A DNA stretch of 64,000 nt from Naegleria gruberi. Lineage: Eukaryota. Location: NCBI GenBank assembly GCA_000004985.1, contig GG738873.1, one strand, 5' to 3'. This document shows, one piece after another, positions 58,402-64,000 of this stretch (the first letter of the stretch is position 1; the number at the start of each line of letters is the position of its first letter). The translations under genes were made by a program, and so were the position numbers. The notes under the pieces are model-generated. The model made no database searches. It saw only the letters and a program-made list of their open reading frames with translations, and was not told the DNA's origin.

Positions 58402-60971
58402 TTAATTACAAATGGTTGGATATTTTGAACAAATTGTTGAAAGGGCTGTAGTTGTACCACCAACCCAACCATCAGGGAAGCTTGTTCTGGTGGTTCTATA
58501 AATGTTAGGACCAACCAAACTGTTGCCTGTGGAAGCACCTGAGAACACGACATCATTAGCACTACTTGAAAAGACAGAAGAACCTGAATTGACATGGAAT
58601 GTGAGTTGGGATTTAAGGGTCCAGGAAACAAAATCAGATGTTGAATAAATCTTGTTTGATTGTGATGAAGAAAGGGATGTCAGACCTCCAATTATATAAT
58701 AATTACTGTCTGTGTCAACCTTGTAGACAAAAGCAGAATGTAGGACTGAAGGGAACTTGGAATTAAACATGATTTCCCAGTTTCTCATATCTGAATCTAC
58801 GCTTGTTCTTAATACAGTTTGAGAAATAACGAGATTTTGAATTGCATCAACATCTCTAGAAGAGTTGAAAAGATGTGTTTGCTTAATACCCCCAATGATA
58901 TACACATATTGTGTATCAGAAATCAGCATTCCTGATGCCAATGGGAACGGAAGCTTCTGGTCTAACAATTCCCATCCAAACAATGGGTCAGAAATAGGAG
59001 CTCTGTAAATTGAATTTGATATTTCATTATTAACAAACCCACCGAGCATATATATATATTCCTTGATTCTAATGATGTGTGTACTGTAGATTGATTTCCC
59101 ATAGAGCGTGTTATTGAGAACTGAGGTTGGAGATACTTGCTGCCATGAACTGTAATAGCTACCAGGATTGGTACTGTTGTAGTATCCAAATTCTAGACCA
59201 TTTCTTGATAAGAAACTCTTATCAGATTTAAGTAAATAACCTTTTCCGTTCAAATTGAAATATGGACTTTGTCTCAAATACCATGGTAAATAGGTAAAAG
59301 TGTACATGGAATCTTTTGTAAAGCTGTTAGAAACAGAACCAATTGACCTGAATACAGTTGTGGAGAAAGTACTGCCCGAGTAGTAGATGGATCCATCCAT
59401 CGTTTGAAGAGCAAAGCTTCCCGTTGAGCTACTAGCAATATCCAAAATGGAATCAACAAACTCTGTGCTAAAAGACGAGTAAAGAGTAGGTGAGGTCACA
59501 GTGGAAGCAGTTGAACCGAGTCCCAATTCACCATTTGAGTTTCTTCCATATCCGTACATTTTACCATTTGTGCAAATGAGTATTGTACTATAAAACTTTG
59601 AGTAAACTTTTTTAACACTACAAGGTGCGCTTAGGAGTTGAGGAGTGAACCTTGTGGTTGTGGATCCATCACCCAATTGACCATAGTTGTTGTATCCCCA
59701 TGTAACAACTTTTCCATCTGTAGTCAAAACAACAACGTGGTTAGATCCGCATTGAACATCAAGGATGTTAACTGCAGAGAGAGCACCAGTGAGTGGAATT
59801 GCTACAGGTTTACTTTTAAAAGAAGGATCTGTTACACCAATGCCTAATTGACCTAGAGAATTATCTCCAAATGAAGCTAACGTATTGTCACTTGTAAGGA
59901 CCACAACAAAACTATCTCCAGCGCAGACTTTGACAACTTGCTTGTTTTTTAAAGGTCCATTATTCTTTAGCACCTTAAAAGGTCTAAATTTATCTTCTTG
60001 GGTGCTGTCACCAAGTTGTCCTAAAGAGTTATCACCCCAGGCCCACAACTCGCCATCAGTTGTGATGGCGTACGAGCTTCTGCCTCCTGATGCAATTTGC
60101 TCAACTTTCTTCCCCAATAATCCTTTTACTTTAACTGGATTCAAACTATCAGCTTTGTTTCCAGTTCCTAATTGACCATTAGAATTGGAGCCAAAAGAGA
60201 ACAATCCCTCATTAGTAAGTACAAGATTTGTACGAGAGTATGTTTCTACTTGGTAGATAGTTTCAGAAGCAATAGGAATAGAGTCATTATACCTTAGTGC
60301 AGAACCGGAATAGGTTCTTCCAAGTAGCCCTACCTTTAAAGAGTCAATTCCAGTGGAATAGAGTTTTCCATTTCCTAAAATTACTATAAAATGTTGCTCA
60401 CCTCCGGAAAGGAAATTTCTAATTTGTTTTACAGTTCCTTGTGAGGTCTCTAAATTGAACAATGAATTGCCACTGTTTAGAAATCTTCCAGTTGGAACTT
60501 CTTCATTGCTGCCAATACTTTTGGTATAGGTAAAATCTTGTGATGTCAAAATGTCTTTTGAAATCATTCTCTAAGTGCAAACTAATTAATTTAGAATTTT
60601 TGTAAATTACTTACAGTGTGAAATTTTGTTATTGAGCTATTCGAAAAAGCAATGACCTTATTAATCATTTGCGTGACAATGCCAAGCTCTTCAAGCTTAG
60701 ACTTAATATCTTCCAAGGATTTTGATTTCAAAGCACTAAGGTTGTTTATGTAGTCTGCTGTAACTCCATACTGGGAAGCAAATGCAGATATACCATATGT
60801 ATCGTACAGAAAAGAAATTGAACTAGTAAATTCCAAATGAAGGTTTTTTGAGGTTTCTAAAGGAGGAATAAGTGTGGTGTTGATGTAATCAATTACATTG
60901 GAATGGGATACTCTTTGATTGAGACTCATCCTTAAGCCTTCCTCATAGTCCTCATATGTAAGGCCATCCAC
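58402..60971 (-). CDS. Paralogue B of the RCC1-Kelch family: join(60971..60615, 60570..58402) with a 44-nt GTAAGT...CACTTAG intron. Exon 1 is open upstream to about 61031 with no ATG, so a further 5' exon is likely. Ends after the Kelch propeller with no EGF or FReD tail
   Basis: RCC1 repeats (FGSNSNGQLGTGN, WGDNSLGQLGDST, WGYNNYGQLGDGSTT). LPWYLRQSPYF linker. Kelch repeats (YIYMLGG, YVYIIGG, YYIIGG). Exon-1 ORF 60591..60971 ends ..KFHT | GTAAGT. Same architecture as A and C. Confidence 0.75.
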
Positions 60972-61342
60972 AAGTAACGACTCGTATGATTGGGAGGCAA
61001 AGACAGAATCTGTGAGAGTTACCTCCGATTAATTGTTTTACTAATACCTACATGAAGAATAATTCAATAATAATAAAATTACAAGTAATCCAATCCACCA
61101 AACTGTTGTTGTTGTTGGCAATCTACTCATGTTGTGAGGAGGCCATTGCTTCTTTAAACACATTTTTGTTTTGTATGAGTTTGGTCAGATTTACAGCATA
61201 TTTGCATGCCGTAGACCCCGTAATGGCAGTAAGAAGCTGTAAATCTAACAACACCTCAAAAAAAAAATTAGATACCATCAGCTTACCATCACAGAGTGTG
61301 TGATCACATTGGAATAGTGAGGAATTGTATTATAGTGTAAGA

Positions 61343-64000
61343 ATGTTGTCTAAATCAAAAATGTGTGGGACTGTGATTCCCCGACTGTGTGTTATCGTGT
61401 TAATATTGTCTCTTATTCTAACAGGTATGTTGAAAAATAGTTGGAGTTTATATCTTTTCGTTAGTCTTTGCTGAAACAGACTTGACCAATGAGCAAATTG
61501 ACGAATTGAGAGCAAAAATGTTAAAAAGAAAAAACTATCTGGATGTAAAACAACTTTATGTAAAACAAAAAGCTGAAACCGACAAAACCAATATTAAAAA
61601 GAGATTGTTCGAGACCAGGAATAGCTTAGATGTTGCAGGAAACTTTTTAAATGAAACTACAATTTCTCAGAGTTCTTACGATGCATTAATGCAAACTAAA
61701 CAATCCCAATTGCAAAACTTAATGAGCATACACTTGGAAGTAGATAATTTACTCTCCATCATCCAAAATTCTGCTGACATGTTGAATGATGACGTAATAA
61801 CATTTGTTAGAGTAAGTAGATTTAAACCTTACTGAATAATTCTTTTTAGCAACATACCCAAAAAGCACGTACTATTGATAAATATGTATCCACCAATCAA
61901 ACACTTACAACATCTGATTTCAATATAACTTCAATGGAAGGAACTTTACCATCACATTATATGGCCAATTCAAATGGTATAAGAAGAATTAGGAATAGAA
62001 TATCTGCTGGCTATCAACACTTCTTATTACTTTTACCAAATGGAAAATTGTACACAACCGGATTACTTCAAAGTAACAATTTGGGTAGAAGCCAAGGATC
62101 AAACATGCTTGATATTTTATACCCTGTAGAAGGTTTAGAAGGAAAGGAAATTTTACAATTCGAATCAAATGGTTTTTTCAGTTTAGTTCTCACCACTGAT
62201 GGTGTTTACTCATTTGGCTTTAACAATAAGGGTCAATTAGGTACTGCCGATATTGTTGACAGAAATTATGCAGTTAAAGTGAAAGGATTTGCTGGAAACA
62301 ATATTACTCAAATTGCAGTAGGAATATCTTCTTCTTATGCAATTGATACCAATGGAAAAGCATGGTCCTGGGGAAGCAACGAATTTGGTCAGTTAGGAGA
62401 CAGAACAGGAGGTGACAAGGCAAGACCTTTCTCAGTTTACAATAATGGAACAATGTTTGGTAAAAAGCCAGTCAAGATCTGTGGTGGTAACAGATACGGA
62501 GTTATATTAACAAAGGATGGTATTCTCTATTCATTTGGTAACCATGATGTTGGTCAATTAGGAATTCCCTCAGTTTCAGTGTCGTACAAGTCTATTGAGC
62601 CAGTGAAAGTTGTTTTGTCAGCCTTTGTAAATTCCACAGTAATTGATGTTCAATGTGGATATGACCATGTTTTAGTATTGTTGGCAGATGGTTCAGTAGG
62701 TGCTTGGGGTAATAACAATTATTATCAAATGGGTGACCAATCAACAGCAATAAGATTTGTTCCAAAACTTATTTCTCAAATTCCTTGCAAAGTAGCATCT
62801 ATTCATACACGTTTCAATACTAACTTTGCCATTTGCAGAGACAATACAATCTACGCTTGGGGACGAAATGATAATGGTCAAACTGGTTTAGGCACAAGCT
62901 ATAGTGATGGTTCAGCCATGCCTAATGTATTGGTACCAACAAAATTAACATTTGTTCCAGAAGGCAGAGTGGTAGAAATTGCTACAACTCAATTTCACAC
63001 TGTTCTACTTACTTCTGAAGGAGTCTTCCATGGGGTTGGACGTGCTGACACCATGTTCAGATCTTCCTCTTTCAATCCAAACACTTTTTCTGTGTTAAAT
63101 GCATACTTGAAATCTGTTGTTCCTTGGCAATTAAGAAAGATACCATATTTTGAAACTGCAGACAGACTTTATATTTTGTTGGCTGACAAGGTAGCCCCAA
63201 CAAGAAGCTACAACGGATTCAACATGTATTTCAGAAATAGAAATGAGTCAGAAAAGGCCTGGAGATTAGTAGAGTTTGACAAAGAAACGAACACAGGATT
63301 CCCTGTTTCTATATACAGTACACATTACTTGAAACTTGACGAATATGTATACTTCTTTGGTGGATTTATTAATGACCACCTATCGAATGCTGTTTACAGA
63401 GCTCCATACAGTGATGTTGAAACAGGTTGGGAGCTTTTACAAAATGTCACAATTCCGGTTCCGCTCGCTGGTGGAATGACAGCAATAATCAATAATTTCT
63501 TTTACATCTTTGGCGGAATATCAAGCTTGTACAATAGTACCACAGGTGAATATAGACCAGAAGTATCTGATATCATAATGAGAGCCCCTTTGTCCAATAT
63601 TTCTGACTGGCAAATAGTTCCAAACAGAAATTTGGTGACACCCATTCATACTGGCCAAATGGCAATTGTTTGGCCTCATGTATACATTTTTGGTGGTTGC
63701 CAAACTGTGTTCACTTCATCTATGAATATTTTCAGAGCTTTACTTTCTGATCCAACCACTTGGGAAATGACATTTGGTTTGTTGCCTCATTACACAGCTA
63801 ATGCTGCTATTGTTTCTACCGGGGAGAATTTAGTGGTTGTTGGTGGAGGTGCATATCCTGAAAAACCAGGAGGTGTATTCATAGCCAAGGCAAACAAAGC
63901 TGATCCAGTAGGATCCTGGATGGCTGTTAGTGAAGTACTTCCAGATTTCCAGGCTGCAGCTGGTGCTCTCAATGGCACAGAGCTTACTCTGATTGGACAT
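61343..64000 (+). CDS. Paralogue C of the RCC1-Kelch family (3' end beyond the window): exon 1 is 61343..61424 (signal peptide MLSKSKMCGTVIPRLCVIVLILSLILT), exon 2 starts at 61465 or 61480 and ends at 61811, and exon 3 is 61850..64000+. Introns are 40 or 55 nt (GTATGT) and 38 nt (GTAAGT)
   Basis: Hand-spliced. Exon-1 phase-1 donor ACA G|GTATGT. Both candidate acceptors keep DLTNEQIDELRAK in frame. The second intron GTAAGTAGATTTAAACCTTACTGAATAATTCTTTTTAG joins ..VITFVR to QHTQKARTIDKY...IRRIRNRISAGYQHFLLLLPNGKLYTTG, followed by RCC1 and then Kelch repeats (YVYFFGG, FFYIFGG, VYIFGG). Confidence 0.7.

Noticed and set aside
58128-58631. 167-aa minus-strand ORF overlapping the end of paralogue B and the start of the SAM-PPPDE gene
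   Set aside because: Alternative frame across two well-supported CDSs. Low-complexity translation (runs of Q, N and L). No independent support
34823-64000. Prokaryotic reading (operons, CRISPR, terminators), since the feature vocabulary is bacterial
   Set aside because: Canonical GTAAGT...AG introns restore conserved protein blocks in CDK7, WIPI and the propeller genes. There are also AATAAA signals and eukaryote-specific genes and retroelements (CDK7, PROPPIN, DIRS, LINE). No direct-repeat/spacer array is present

Overview
The window is a eukaryotic nuclear scaffold segment. Only positions 34823-64000 (about 29 kb) carry real sequence. Positions 1-34822 are one run of N, and there are two further 50-N gaps at 37268-37317 and 40188-40237; all three are assembly gaps, not biology.

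The real sequence is AT-rich (I estimate mid-30s % GC by eye) and uses the standard genetic code. Its genes are interrupted by very short GT-AG introns of 38-69 nt with GTAAGT or GTATGT donors, which I found by hand. Because these introns usually lack stop codons, the six-frame ORF track reads straight through them.

The ORF track also opens ORFs at TTG and GTG. I verified this at 47867 and 54535 (TTG) and at 37096 and 60971 (GTG), so several listed 'M' starts are not Met.

Content, left to right:
- A partial DIRS-like tyrosine-recombinase retrotransposon on the minus strand: a gag-like ORF, an RT-RNaseH ORF with the DIRS/Ngaro-type post-RNaseH domain, and a recombinase-like ORF that runs into the big gap. 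The track missed this last ORF.
- Two head-to-tail copies of a single-ORF LINE (APE endonuclease, RT, CCHC). Copy 1 is 5'-truncated; copy 2 carries a 115-bp frameshifting deletion.
- A roughly 500-bp foldback/MITE-like inverted repeat.
- A very gene-dense block, with same-strand stop-to-ATG spacings of 57, 63 and 211 bp. It holds three paralogues of an unusual multi-domain gene: hydrophobic N-terminus, a helical segment of about 120 aa, a 38-44-nt intron, then RCC1 repeats and Kelch repeats (plus EGF-like and fibrinogen-related modules in one copy). It also holds a CDK7-like kinase, an ankyrin-repeat protein, a WIPI/Atg18 PROPPIN with a 46-nt micro-exon, an acidic hypothetical protein, and a SAM plus PPPDE-like protein.

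I cannot name the organism from sequence alone. The fibrinogen-related module points to a metazoan. The tiny introns and operon-like spacing fit a compact metazoan genome, such as an appendicularian, rotifer or nematode, or a compact protist or fungus.
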